A stretch of 58,843 nucleotides of DNA from the NCBI GenBank assembly GCA_018714855.1, contig DVMT01000017.1:1-58843 (forward strand). Reading direction: 5' to 3'. The position numbers were made by a program, and so were the translations under genes. The stretch comes from Candidatus Aphodocola excrementigallinarum. GTDB taxonomy: Bacteria > Bacillota_I > Bacilli_A > RF39 > UBA660. The number at the start of each line of letters is the position of its first letter. Positions within the stretch are counted from its first letter, which is position 1. The notes beneath the pieces were generated by a model. That model was not told the DNA's origin. It worked only from the letters and a program-made list of their open reading frames with translations, and ran no database searches. Below are positions 48,782-58,843 of the stretch, piece by piece.

Positions 48782-50527
48782 TTAATTTTTATCTTCGTTT
48801 TCATACAACTTCTTATAAACCTTGCTTTTCTTTAAAAGTTCTTTATGGGTACCAGAATCAACGATTTTTCCTTTATCAACAACGTATATTTTATCAGCAT
48901 CAACAATCGTTGATAATCTATGGGCAATTATTATAACGGTATGATCTTTTACTAAATCATCAATCACCTTTTTAATATAACTTTGAGACTCATTATCAAG
49001 TGCGCTTGTTGCTTCATCAAAAAGTATTACCTTACTTTCTTTAGCAAGTGCTCTTGCAATTGATAATCTTTGTTTTTGACCACCGGATAAATTAACGCCA
49101 CCTTCGCCTAACTTTGTATCATATTTTTCTGGCAATGATTCTATATAATCATCTAGATAGGCCATTTTACAATATTTTTTTACCTCTTTTAACGTTATGT
49201 TTGGTTTTACCACCTTAAAGTTTTCTATTATGGTTCTGTTAAACAAAAATGGCTCTTGTCTTATTACTGAAATATTTTTTCTTAAAGATACTTCTGTTAA
49301 ATCTTTTATATTAATATTATCCAGATAAATATTACCGGTATTACAATCAAATATTCTTGTTATTAAGTTAAATAAAGTTGATTTACCTTGACCTGATTTA
49401 CCTACTACAGCAATTTTTTTATTTGTATTAAATTTAACACTAAAGTTATTCAAAGTTTGTTTTTCGTTAGGATAATTAAACGTTACATCATCAAATGTTA
49501 TAACGCCATTTGGATTTTTTATATCTACTTTTCCAAATTTCTCATCATCATATAAAGTATTATCTATTACTTCATTTATTCTTCTTAAAGATACAAATAA
49601 TCTTTGGTACATTCTATTCATACTAGTTAAGTTATCAACAAGCCAAGTATATTTATAAACATACCAAGTCATTGCCATGAAAAATCCGATTGATGATCTT
49701 CCAAAATATATTTCTATTAAACAAGTTGCAAAAACAATAACCTCAAGTAGCGTTCTTACAAGGTGCATGATAATTGAATAGGTTCTATGAACGTTGATAT
49801 CTTCAATATCTTTATTAAAAATAAGCTTTCTTAGATTACTAACTTCATTAATCAAATTCTTTTTAATACCAAGTGTTTTAATTTCTCTAATACCCCTTAT
49901 AGATTCGGTTGAAAGTGCGGTATACTCATCTTTTTTTGCCTTTAACTCTTTATTTATTCTTTTAATTTTAGGATTAAAAAACTTGGTTATTGCAAAAATT
50001 AAAACAAGAAAAACAAGTATTTCTACACCAACTATCCAAGAGTTAAAAAAGATATAAATCAAAATAATAAGGCAGCCAAACGCATTTATAAGTATTTGAA
50101 TAATGCTATTAAAAGTATTAGAAAGTGTTTCTGTATCAGAAGTTATCCTGTTGATAAGTTCACCACTTGTTTTTTCCTCAAATGCGTAAGATGGTAAATC
50201 AAGTGTCTTTTTATATACCATAATGCTTAGCTTTCTAGATAAATTAGATTCTATTTTACTTGCAATCATAACACCTATATTACTTATAAAATTATTAAAT
50301 ACTACGCACAAAATAAAGTAAATTCCTAAGAACAAAAGTGCTGCTTTAATATTTAAAGCAATGATGGATTCCGTTATCTCACCTTGCAAGTAACCATTTG
50401 ATATACTAAATATTGAGCTTATTAAAATACACATAAAAGCTGCAAGTAGTTTCCATTTATCTTGCTTAACTAAATGGTATATGTTTTTAAGTTCTTTTAG
50501 ATTTTTCTTTTTTTGAATTTCTTTCAT
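48782..50527 (-). CDS. ABC exporter, fused permease and ATPase (type I, MsbA-like half transporter)
   Basis: Six TM helices, then Walker A GKSGQGKST, signature LSGGQKQR, and Walker B ILFDEATSALD. Confidence 0.9.
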   Translation of the reverse strand: MKEIQKKKNLKELKNIYHLVKQDKWKLLAAFMCILISSIFSISNGYLQGEITESIIALNIKAALLFLGIYFILCVVFNNFISNIGVMIASKIESNLSRKLSIMVYKKTLDLPSYAFEEKTSGELINRITSDTETLSNTFNSIIQILINAFGCLIILIYIFFNSWIVGVEILVFLVLIFAITKFFNPKIKRINKELKAKKDEYTALSTESIRGIREIKTLGIKKNLINEVSNLRKLIFNKDIEDINVHRTYSIIMHLVRTLLEVIVFATCLIEIYFGRSSIGFFMAMTWYVYKYTWLVDNLTSMNRMYQRLFVSLRRINEVIDNTLYDDEKFGKVDIKNPNGVITFDDVTFNYPNEKQTLNNFSVKFNTNKKIAVVGKSGQGKSTLFNLITRIFDCNTGNIYLDNINIKDLTEVSLRKNISVIRQEPFLFNRTIIENFKVVKPNITLKEVKKYCKMAYLDDYIESLPEKYDTKLGEGGVNLSGGQKQRLSIARALAKESKVILFDEATSALDNESQSYIKKVIDDLVKDHTVIIIAHRLSTIVDADKIYVVDKGKIVDSGTHKELLKKSKVYKKLYENEDKN

Positions 50528-51114
50528 AAATTATCACCTTCTTTTTTTACTATTTTTTTATAAACATCAAGATTATTAATATATAAATTAAATTCTTTAT
50601 AGGTTAATCCTTCTTTTACAGAATCAAATTTAGTTACTGTTCTTTTAACATCCTCATACTTTACTAATACACCTTTTTCTTTATAATCATAAGTCGTCAT
50701 TTTTTCATAATGTTTAACTAGAAAAGCTATCGCATCTTCTTTAGATTCAAAATCATGAATTCCTCTTCTTTGTGGATCAGGATGCTCTAACTGGTGCACC
50801 TTACCATCTTGATAAAATAATACAAAACAGTGCATTCGTTCTTTTGCATTTAAATCATTAAAGTTTTCATCTTCATAGATTCTGCAGCAATAAACTTCGT
50901 TTGGAATTCCTATCTCATCAAGTAAATATTTAATTAAAATTGACTGCTCTATGCATGTTCCTACGTGATAGTCTAACGTTTTTTTAATAGACATTGTTCT
51001 ATAATCTTTTCTAAAGCCTTCCATTTCATAATGAATGTTATTTTTATTATCAACCCATCCATATTCTATCGTATCCATAAATGAAAGCACATCATTAGGT
51101 GTTCTTATAGTCAT
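50524..51114 (-). CDS. Papain-fold (transglutaminase-like or C39-like) cysteine enzyme
   Basis: Candidate Cys-His-Asp triad: HVGTCIEQSILIKYLLDEIGIP, RMHCFVLFYQDGKV, HQLEHPD. A 4-nt ATGA overlap couples it to the ABC gene. Confidence 0.55.
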   Translation of the reverse strand: MTIRTPNDVLSFMDTIEYGWVDNKNNIHYEMEGFRKDYRTMSIKKTLDYHVGTCIEQSILIKYLLDEIGIPNEVYCCRIYEDENFNDLNAKERMHCFVLFYQDGKVHQLEHPDPQRRGIHDFESKEDAIAFLVKHYEKMTTYDYKEKGVLVKYEDVKRTVTKFDSVKEGLTYKEFNLYINNLDVYKKIVKKEGDNL

Positions 51115-51162
51115 ATATTATTCCTCCTTGTAATTGTTAAGCAAGGATTTAATATTATAAAT

Positions 51163-51191
51163 AAAAAATCTTGCTATTTTTTATAGCAAGA
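51163..51191 (-). terminator. Intrinsic terminator (attenuator) in the leader of the papain-fold/ABC operon
   Basis: Minus strand reads TCTTGCTAT-aaaaa-ATAGCAAGA followed by TTTTTTATTT. It lies 48 nt upstream of the ATG at 51114. Confidence 0.7.
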
Positions 51192-51211
51192 CTAAACAAA
51201 CACGAATATTA

Positions 51212-51277
51212 CTAATGTATAAAATACGCGTGATTAATCTTGCTAAATATAAAATTGTTAAAACTTCTTATCATCAT
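51212..51277 (-). CDS. Candidate 21-aa leader peptide (MMIRSFNNFIFSKINHAYFIH)
   Basis: AAGGAG lies 10 nt before the ATGATG. The coding sequence contains TAGCAAGA, a copy of the terminator 3' arm. Confidence 0.5.
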   Translation of the reverse strand: MMIRSFNNFIFSKINHAYFIH

Positions 51278-51310
51278 TATAATCACGCTCCTTTTTTTGT
51301 TTCTACAAAC

Positions 51311-51339
51311 AAAATATCACAATAAAAATACTAAGTCAA
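51311..51339 (-). promoter_or_regulatory. Sigma-A-type promoter for the leader transcript
   Basis: Minus strand has TTGACT, a 17-nt spacer, then TGaTATTTT (extended -10). It sits directly after the terminator of the upstream gene (AGACCA-gaat-TGGTCT followed by TTTTTTT, 51341-51363). Confidence 0.5.
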
Positions 51340-51364
51340 CAAAAAAAGACCAATTCTGGTCTTC

Positions 51365-52213
51365 TTAGTCATATTTTTTATCATTATATCTGGCAATCTT
51401 GTTTCCTACTATGTAAATGATTGCAAACAAAGCACAAACACAAAGACATATGTATCCAGCGTTAATTATCATGTTAATGTTTATGCTAGATGCTGTTCCA
51501 AGTAGCTTATTAGTTAAATCCATTTCTATTGAATCAAGTACAAATGGAAATACAAAGGAAAGTAAAACGCCTGATATAAAACTTGAAACAGATAAGTTGT
51601 AAGTCCATCTATAATAAGTCTTTTTAATTAATGCAAGAATAAACGTTAATATTACTATCATTATTATAATAATACATCTAAAGGCTGGTTTGGTAATATT
51701 ATTATAAGTTTTTATTAAGTTAACGCTATCACCAGAAAGTTCTTCTTTTACACTTTCGGTAACGTTTTGATATACCTTCGATAACCTTCCGTCTTCAGTT
51801 AATTCAGATGCTATTTTTTCTTTTTCTTCATCCGTTAATTCTATGTTATTTTCTTTTAAAATGTCCTCGTTTTCATTAATTAATGCTAATACATCATCCT
51901 TTGTTTCTGGAATCTTTACCTCAGTATCATTTACTATGGAATCTACTATGTTATTAAAATACTTTTCGGTTAATTCATTTATCTTACTACTATTATTTAT
52001 ATTTTCTTTTATCTTATCTAATGATTCATAATCAATGTTATCATATTCATTTTCTATTTGACTTATAACAACATCTGATATTTCATTTGAAACAACTTCT
52101 TTTGATAAAGTGTTTATAACAACATCATTTATAGTAAAACTAATACATAATATAAAAATTAAAAATGCTATTACAACCGTTATTAAAAAATTAATTATTT
52201 TTTTCATTAACAT
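51365..52213 (-). CDS. Hypothetical membrane protein (N-terminal TM, acidic helical region, three C-terminal TM helices)
   Basis: ORF track; RBS GGAGGG upstream; no recognisable motif. Confidence 0.5.
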   Translation of the reverse strand: MLMKKIINFLITVVIAFLIFILCISFTINDVVINTLSKEVVSNEISDVVISQIENEYDNIDYESLDKIKENINNSSKINELTEKYFNNIVDSIVNDTEVKIPETKDDVLALINENEDILKENNIELTDEEKEKIASELTEDGRLSKVYQNVTESVKEELSGDSVNLIKTYNNITKPAFRCIIIIMIVILTFILALIKKTYYRWTYNLSVSSFISGVLLSFVFPFVLDSIEMDLTNKLLGTASSININMIINAGYICLCVCALFAIIYIVGNKIARYNDKKYD

Positions 52214-52389
52214 TACCCTCCAATATAAATATATTATATCATAATTTTAGTAACAAAAAAAGGACACGGTGGGTAGACTATGTCCTTTGCAATAAGGGAA
52301 GTAATGTGTACTTCCGATATAAAAGATACTATATAATTCAAAATAAATCAAGTGTTTTTTTAAATTTTTCGACATTTTTTGCGTTTTTT

Positions 52390-53004
52390 TTAGTTTTTAC
52401 AAGAATAATCAGCTTTTTCTAATATTTTTATAATATTTTTATCACTATATTCTTTAGATAAATCAATGGTTGCATAGTTGTTTTCTCTGTCTTCAGAAAT
52501 TACGTTTACGCTTAATCCATCATCTTCAAGATTGATGAAAATGTTATCTAAAATATATTCTTTTTCCTCATCATACGTAAGATCAATTACAAGTTCATCA
52601 TCATTTTGTTTTATAGTGTAATCAATGCCAATGTTTTTATATGCATCTTCTAACGCATCTTTTACCGCACTTAAGTAATTAACGTCATCACCCTCTTTAT
52701 CAATTGATAATGTTTTATTAACAACTATGTTATTAATATTTTCTTTTTTCATGTTAATTGTTATTTTATCACTTGTTTTAACACCGTTTTCATTAGTATT
52801 TTTCGTGCACGAAATAGTTTTTTTACCACTTGTTAAAACAATTAATAAAACCACTACTAAAATTATTAAAACAGCAACTAATGGAATTATTATTTTTAAC
52901 TTGCTATTTTTCTTAGTTTCCTTGTTTTTAGATGTAATCTTAACATCCTTTTTATTATTTGTTTTTTTAGTACTAACACTTTTTTTATTCTTATTTTTAG
53001 TCAT
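52390..53004 (-). CDS. Hypothetical N-terminally anchored protein with a Cys-bracketed ectodomain
   Basis: Basic N-terminus, TM helix IIIPLVAVLIILVVVLLIVL, then ISCT...YSCKN. The layout parallels the lipoprotein at 42173-42595. Two hairpins lie downstream, the second with a U-run (about 52258-52290). Confidence 0.5.
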   Translation of the reverse strand: MTKNKNKKSVSTKKTNNKKDVKITSKNKETKKNSKLKIIIPLVAVLIILVVVLLIVLTSGKKTISCTKNTNENGVKTSDKITINMKKENINNIVVNKTLSIDKEGDDVNYLSAVKDALEDAYKNIGIDYTIKQNDDELVIDLTYDEEKEYILDNIFINLEDDGLSVNVISEDRENNYATIDLSKEYSDKNIIKILEKADYSCKN

Positions 53005-53058
53005 ATTAATCCCTTCTTAACAAAACATAGTATATCAGTCGTTTAACAGATTGTCAAA

Positions 53059-54567
53059 TTAGTGTTTTATTAAACTTTCTCCAGTCATCTCATCTGGTTT
53101 TTTAAATTCTAGTAATTCTAGCATGGTAGGCGCTATATCCGCTAATTTTCCATCATTTAGTGATATGCCCTTTTTAGTTATTATGAAAGGCACTTTGCTC
53201 GTTGTGTGTGACGTTACTGGAACGTGTTTTTCATCCCACATAATATCACAATTACCATGATCCGCCGTAATAATTAAAGTTCCGTTTTTTTCACTTACCT
53301 TATCATATAACATTTTTAGACGCGTATCTAAAAATTCAACGGCACTTTTTGCAGCCTCATAATTACCAGTATGCCCAACCATGTCACCATTAGCATAATT
53401 AAGTATTACAACGTCAAAATAGTCTTTATCAAGCTCATTAAGTAATGCGTCAGTAACTTCTTTTGCACTCATCTCTGGCTTCATATCATACGTTGCTACC
53501 TTAGGAGATGGTATTAAAATCTTTTTCATACCGTTAAAATTCTCTTCTACTCCACCGTCAAAAAAGTAAGTTACGTGAGCGTATTTTTCGGTTTCTGCAA
53601 TTCTTAACTGATTAAGCTTGTTTTCAGATAAATACTTACCCAAGGTATTTGAAAGAACTTGATGATCAAAAGCATGAGGACAAGTAACGGTATTTACAAC
53701 TGGCATCATCGTAAGCACGCTTAGGTTTTTAAATACTTTTACGTCATCTAGCGGACTTTCTTTTGGATTTGTTATTGCCGTAAACATCTCTCTTAGTCTA
53801 TCTGGTCTAAAGTTAAAAGTTATAACACCATCATTATCATTTAACCTTCCTTCATTTACTAAAGCTGGTACGACAAATTCATCGGTAATATCATTTTCAT
53901 AGCTTTTATCTATAACTTCTTTTGGACTATTAAACTTTGGTGCATCATTATAAACGATTGCGTCATACGCTTTTTTTAATCTATCATAGTTATTATCTCT
54001 ATCCATTGCATAATATCTTCCTGATATTGTAACTATTTTACCAAAACCTGTTTGTCCTATTTTATCTTCTAACATTTTTATATATGTATAACTACTTTTT
54101 GGATCAACGTCTCTTCCGTCTAAAAATAAATGATAACATACGTTTTTTACATCATTTTCTTTTATCATGTCTATTAAGTTCATTAAATGATTGATGTGTG
54201 AGTGTACGCCACCGTCTGATAAAAGTCCCATTACATGAAGAGAGGAATTGTTTTTCTTAACATGATTTAAAACGTTTAATATTTTTTCATTTTCAAAAAA
54301 AGTTTTATCTTCAATTGCTTTATTAATTAGCTCAAGCGGTTGATAAACGATTCTACCTGCTCCTATGTTCATGTGACCTACTTCACTGTTCCCCATTTGA
54401 CCCGCTGGTAAACCAACTTTTTGTCCACTTGCTTCTAAAAGAGAATGCGGAAAATTATTCCATAAATAATCAAAGGTAGGTTTATTGGCATTTTTAAAAG
54501 CGTTACCATCTTTCTCTTTTCTTATTCCACAACCATCTAAAATACATAATACTAAAGGTTTTTTCAT
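53059..54567 (-). CDS. gpmI: 2,3-bisphosphoglycerate-independent phosphoglycerate mutase
   Basis: LCILDGCG, GNSEVGHMNIGAGR, ITADHGN. Confidence 0.95.
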   Translation of the reverse strand: MKKPLVLCILDGCGIRKEKDGNAFKNANKPTFDYLWNNFPHSLLEASGQKVGLPAGQMGNSEVGHMNIGAGRIVYQPLELINKAIEDKTFFENEKILNVLNHVKKNNSSLHVMGLLSDGGVHSHINHLMNLIDMIKENDVKNVCYHLFLDGRDVDPKSSYTYIKMLEDKIGQTGFGKIVTISGRYYAMDRDNNYDRLKKAYDAIVYNDAPKFNSPKEVIDKSYENDITDEFVVPALVNEGRLNDNDGVITFNFRPDRLREMFTAITNPKESPLDDVKVFKNLSVLTMMPVVNTVTCPHAFDHQVLSNTLGKYLSENKLNQLRIAETEKYAHVTYFFDGGVEENFNGMKKILIPSPKVATYDMKPEMSAKEVTDALLNELDKDYFDVVILNYANGDMVGHTGNYEAAKSAVEFLDTRLKMLYDKVSEKNGTLIITADHGNCDIMWDEKHVPVTSHTTSKVPFIITKKGISLNDGKLADIAPTMLELLEFKKPDEMTGESLIKH

Positions 54568-54624
54568 ATTATCATCTCCTTTTTTATTATACCAAAAAAG
54601 ACTTTTTAAATAAATAAAAAGTCT

Positions 54625-55473
54625 TTATACCAATCTTGTAATAACTTCTGCAATAACGCCTGATAAAGCACCTATTAAATATAAGGTAACTACTATTTTT
54701 ACGTTTTCTTTTTTGTTTTCGTTTACCTTAAATAAAAGTGCTAAGGCAACACCACTTCCGGTTAATAAGCCTGCCAAGCAAGATGCAAAAGATATGGCAC
54801 CTCCTAAGTATAACTCGGTTAAAATAACACTTGCACCGCAGTTTGGGATAAGCCCGATAAGGCTTGATATGAAAGGCGCAAACAAACTATCTTTTAAGAA
54901 TATCTCACTTATTTTTTCTTCACCAAAATAATGCATACCAGCGTTTAAAATTAAATTAACTATTAAAATAAATATTGTTATGTTAATGGTGTGCTTTAAA
55001 GAAGATGTAATTATGCCATGTGAACAGTGACAATGCTCTTTTTCACAAAAATCTTCTATTTCATAATTATCGTTTTTATGTTTTTTCCTTAAAATAAAGT
55101 CAATTACAAAGCCGCATAACATACCAATTAATATTTTTATTATTAAAAACTTAAAGATAACACTAGCATTGGCACCTTCTGAGATTAATATTGGAAGCAT
55201 TTCATCAGAAGTTGATAAATAAATTGCGATTAACGTTCCAACGGTTATTATTCTCGTTGCGTATAAATTGGTTGCCATCGCTGAAAATCCGCATTGTGGA
55301 ACCGCTCCTAAAAGGCTTCCAAATAAAGGACCAAGTTTTCCAGCTTTTTTTATTTTTTCTTTTCCTTTTTTATTAAACTTATGTTCAATAAATTCCATTA
55401 TTAAAAAGGCAACAAATAAAAAAGGGACTATTTTTAATGTGTCTATTAATGCATCTATAATAACTTCTTTCAT
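54625..55473 (-). CDS. Putative metal (Mn) transporter, ArsP_2-like 10-TM family
   Basis: Start moved to MKEVIIDALIDTLKIVPF after AAGGAGG. Also GAVPQCGFS, a LIPNCGASV repeat, and a CHCSH loop. Confidence 0.55.
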   Translation of the reverse strand: MKEVIIDALIDTLKIVPFLFVAFLIMEFIEHKFNKKGKEKIKKAGKLGPLFGSLLGAVPQCGFSAMATNLYATRIITVGTLIAIYLSTSDEMLPILISEGANASVIFKFLIIKILIGMLCGFVIDFILRKKHKNDNYEIEDFCEKEHCHCSHGIITSSLKHTINITIFILIVNLILNAGMHYFGEEKISEIFLKDSLFAPFISSLIGLIPNCGASVILTELYLGGAISFASCLAGLLTGSGVALALLFKVNENKKENVKIVVTLYLIGALSGVIAEVITRLV

Positions 55474-55596
55474 AAGAATCCTCCTTATATAGGAACTAAA
55501 CAAGTAGATAATAGCATATTTTAATTTAATATGCAACAAACATAATGTCTCTTTAATTAATTTTTAACATATTATATTTTGAAAGGAGTTTTTTGT

Positions 55597-56468
<872 letters not shown>

Positions 56469-56476
56469 TTAAAATT

Positions 56477-56506
56477 GGTAAGCTTCTTTTGCTTACCTTT
56501 TTATTT
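56477..56506 (+). terminator. Rho-independent terminator after the collagen-like gene
   Basis: GGTAAGC-ttctttt-GCTTACC followed by TTTTTATTT. Confidence 0.8.
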
Positions 56507-56542
56507 ATCGGTATATAAAAACTTATATAAGGAGATTTATTT

Positions 56543-57634
56543 ATGGGAAAATATAAAGTAGCGGTTTATGCTATTTGTAAAAATGAAGAGAAGTTTGTTA
56601 AAAGATGGTACGAATCGGTTAAAGAAGCTGATGGAGTTTTCGTTTTAGATACTGGATCAACGGATAATACCGCTGAAAAATTAAGGAAACTAGGTGCAAA
56701 AGTAACGATTAAAAAAATTGATCCGTGGAGGTTTGATGTTGCAAGAAATGAATCTTTAAACCTCGTACCGGAAGATTATGATATATGCGTTTGCATTGAC
56801 ATAGATGAAGTAATAAGTAAGGGCTGGAGACAAAAACTAGAAAACGTTTGGAAAAATGGTGTTAATCACGTAAGATATAATTATAACTGGTCTCATGATG
56901 AAAATGGTAATCCAGTGGTTAATTTCTACATTGAAAAAATACACGCAAGGCATGGATTTCGCTGGGTACACCCAGTTCATGAGGTACTAGAGTTTACTGG
57001 TGATAATGAAGTTTGGGCAACAACTGATGAATTTACTGTAGATCACTGGCCAGATGATAATAAATCAAGAAGTAGTTACTTACCTCTTTTAGAATTATCA
57101 GTAAAAGAAAGTCCTGAGGACGATAGAAACATGCATTATTTAGGAAGAGAATACATGTTTTATGGTAAATATAACGAAGCTATTGACACGTTAATAAAAC
57201 ATCTTAACTTAAAAAGTGCAACTTGGAAGGATGAAAGATGCGCATCAATGAGGTTTATTGCAAGATGTTATAAATACTTAAAAAGATATGACGAAGCTAG
57301 AATGTGGCTTGATAAAGCAATAAATGAAGCTCCATACCTAAGAGATCCTTACATGGAAAGAGCTTTGTTAGAATATGAGTTAAATAACTGGGAAGGTGTT
57401 AAAAAATACTGCTTAGAAGCTTTAAAAATAACGAAACATGAAAAATCATACATAAACGAACCATTTAGCTGGAATTATACGGTTTATGATTTACTTTCAA
57501 TTGCACACTTTAATTTAGGCGAATATAAAGAAGCATTAAAATATTCATCAAAAGCCGTCGACATGGAACCTAATGATGAAAGACTATTAAACAATTATAA
57601 AATTATTAAAGAAAAAAATGACTCTTTAAAATAG
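56543..57634 (+). CDS. GT-A glycosyltransferase with a C-terminal TPR domain
   Basis: VAVYAICKNEEKFVKRW...LDTGSTDNT...CIDIDE (DxD motif), followed by TPR-like repeats (YLGREYMFYGKYNEAIDTL, AHFNLGEYKEALKY). Confidence 0.75.
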   Translation: MGKYKVAVYAICKNEEKFVKRWYESVKEADGVFVLDTGSTDNTAEKLRKLGAKVTIKKIDPWRFDVARNESLNLVPEDYDICVCIDIDEVISKGWRQKLENVWKNGVNHVRYNYNWSHDENGNPVVNFYIEKIHARHGFRWVHPVHEVLEFTGDNEVWATTDEFTVDHWPDDNKSRSSYLPLLELSVKESPEDDRNMHYLGREYMFYGKYNEAIDTLIKHLNLKSATWKDERCASMRFIARCYKYLKRYDEARMWLDKAINEAPYLRDPYMERALLEYELNNWEGVKKYCLEALKITKHEKSYINEPFSWNYTVYDLLSIAHFNLGEYKEALKYSSKAVDMEPNDERLLNNYKIIKEKNDSLK

Positions 57635-57646
57635 AGCCATTTTTAT

Positions 57647-58267
57647 TTATCTTATAAAGTTAGTTGAAATTCTTTTTTCTTTTACAGGTTTTTCTATTCC
57701 GTTTTTTTGTCCAGATTCAATGGATTTTAATATCCATGCCATGTTGTTTGCAAGAGTCCTCATTGTTTGTAATCCTTCTTCATCTTTTAATGCTTCTTCT
57801 TTAGTGTTTCCATGTATCTGATTCCAATACTGGCTTCCAACAACAATCATGTTAGTAATCGTAAAATATTTATTTAGATCATCAAACGTTGTTGATGCAC
57901 CACCACGCCTGCAACTTACAACGCACGCTGCTGGTTTATACTCAAAGGCATAGCTCTTTCCATAAAAACATCTATCCATAAATGATTTTATAAAGCCAGT
58001 TGGCCCGGCATAATGAACGGCTGAACCAAAAATAAATCCATCAGCTTTCTCGGCTTTTTCTACAAATTCATTAACCTTATCATTCATAAAACATCTTTTT
58101 GTTTTAAAACAAGCACCACATCCAATGCATCCTGAAATTGGTTTGTTTCCTATCCAGAATATTTCTGTTTCAATACCATTTTTATTTAGTGTTTTAGAAA
58201 CTTCTTCTAGTGCTAAGTTGGTCGCTCCATCTTTATGTGGACTTCCATTTACTAATAATACTTTCAT
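57647..58267 (-). CDS. Iron-sulfur flavoprotein / NADPH-dependent FMN reductase family
   Basis: MKVLLVNGSPHKDG and the Cys cluster CIGCGACFKTKRC. Confidence 0.75.
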   Translation of the reverse strand: MKVLLVNGSPHKDGATNLALEEVSKTLNKNGIETEIFWIGNKPISGCIGCGACFKTKRCFMNDKVNEFVEKAEKADGFIFGSAVHYAGPTGFIKSFMDRCFYGKSYAFEYKPAACVVSCRRGGASTTFDDLNKYFTITNMIVVGSQYWNQIHGNTKEEALKDEEGLQTMRTLANNMAWILKSIESGQKNGIEKPVKEKRISTNFIR

Positions 58268-58843
58268 CTAAATCACTCCTATATCTTTTAAGTTTGATAG
58301 TATATACTCAGTTGACGTATTAATAAACTTATTTATTATTTTCATATCAAATAAATAAGGTTTATTTTCTTTTGAATTTTCTATTATTATTCCAGCTTGG
58401 TCTACAATTACTTTTATTTTATCCATTGGTATTTCTTTAATAATGTTTTTAAACTTTGGTATTTCTTCATAAAAAATACTTAGATCAAGATTATACTCAT
58501 CAATTAATTTTATGTTTAAGTTAGTGTAGTCATTATAAAAATAATCCCTTTTTTTACTCTTTTCTACTACTTCTTTTGTTCCATCCAATTTATATATAAC
58601 ACCATTTTGATAAAAATCTGGCTCAAAATATTTAAACCATAAATAATCCGTACATAAATGAACATAGTATCCCAAAACAAAATCATCGTTTAAATCATTT
58701 TTATATAAAGATAAGAATTTATCTAAATCAGGTAATGATTCATTAGTTTCTTGAAAATGAGATGCCTTTTTATTTAATCCAACTTGCTTTGCTATGTCAG
58801 GTGCAATACTTCCGATTAAAAATGATTTTCTATCTTTTTTTAA
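58268..58843 (-). CDS. Metal-dependent hydrolase, zinc phospholipase C-like family; the 5' end runs off the window (partial)
   Basis: The frame stays open upstream of the listed ORF to the window edge (LKKDRKSFLIGSIAPDIAKQVGLNKKASHFQE...YYVHLCTDYLWFKY). Its stop abuts the start of the flavoprotein gene. Confidence 0.5.
   Translation of the reverse strand, partial: LKKDRKSFLIGSIAPDIAKQVGLNKKASHFQETNESLPDLDKFLSLYKNDLNDDFVLGYYVHLCTDYLWFKYFEPDFYQNGVIYKLDGTKEVVEKSKKRDYFYNDYTNLNIKLIDEYNLDLSIFYEEIPKFKNIIKEIPMDKIKVIVDQAGIIIENSKENKPYLFDMKIINKFINTSTEYILSNLKDIGVI

Noticed and set aside
55474-55578. Possible yybP-ykoY (Mn) riboswitch upstream of the ArsP_2-like transporter
   Set aside because: The leader is only about 100 nt and is shared with the divergent collagen gene promoter. 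It contains a plain TTGCAT-17-TATTAT promoter and no conserved riboswitch helices that I can recognise.

Overview
Visibly AT-rich, low-GC Firmicutes chromosomal segment. Gene order resembles Bacilli/Erysipelotrichia: rodZ-like-pgsA-recA, and rnpB-gpsB followed by recU-ponA. There are roughly 56 protein genes, almost all on the minus strand, plus one RNase P RNA. I saw no tRNA, rRNA, CRISPR array, transposase, integrase or canonical defence system. Positions 1-24 kb are dominated by cell-envelope glycopolymer functions. These include a TagO/Alg14-like/Alg13-like/GT2/GT4 operon, a cohesin-like membrane protein next to a dockerin-bearing GH73 glucosaminidase, an LCP ligase, an orphan LL-H holin, and a GtrB/YfhO/Wzy-like/GT39-like cluster just downstream of LtaS. 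Positions 24-38 kb hold a degenerate GGDEF protein, small membrane proteins, an AMP-dependent ligase, ligA, an orphan PEP-utilising enzyme, a BRO-N/DinD-like gene with two in-frame stops, recA with an SOS box, pgsA, a rodZ-like gene, rnpB and gpsB. Positions 38-59 kb hold recU-ponA, phosphoketolase, a hybrid histidine kinase with degenerate catalytic motifs, a PlsC-like acyltransferase, hsp20 behind a CIRCE operator, and a leader-peptide/attenuator unit upstream of a papain-fold protein plus ABC exporter. That stretch also contains gpmI, a BclA-like collagen-repeat protein with an adjacent TPR glycosyltransferase, and an iron-sulfur flavoprotein. The best candidates for undescribed biology are: (i) the sORF-attenuator/papain-fold/ABC module, (ii) the adjacent cohesin-dockerin pair on a peptidoglycan hydrolase, (iii) the collagen-like protein lacking a C-terminal globular domain with its glycosyltransferase, and (iv) the cluster of catalytically degenerate signalling proteins. 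All functional calls come from reading motifs in the translations; no database search was possible.
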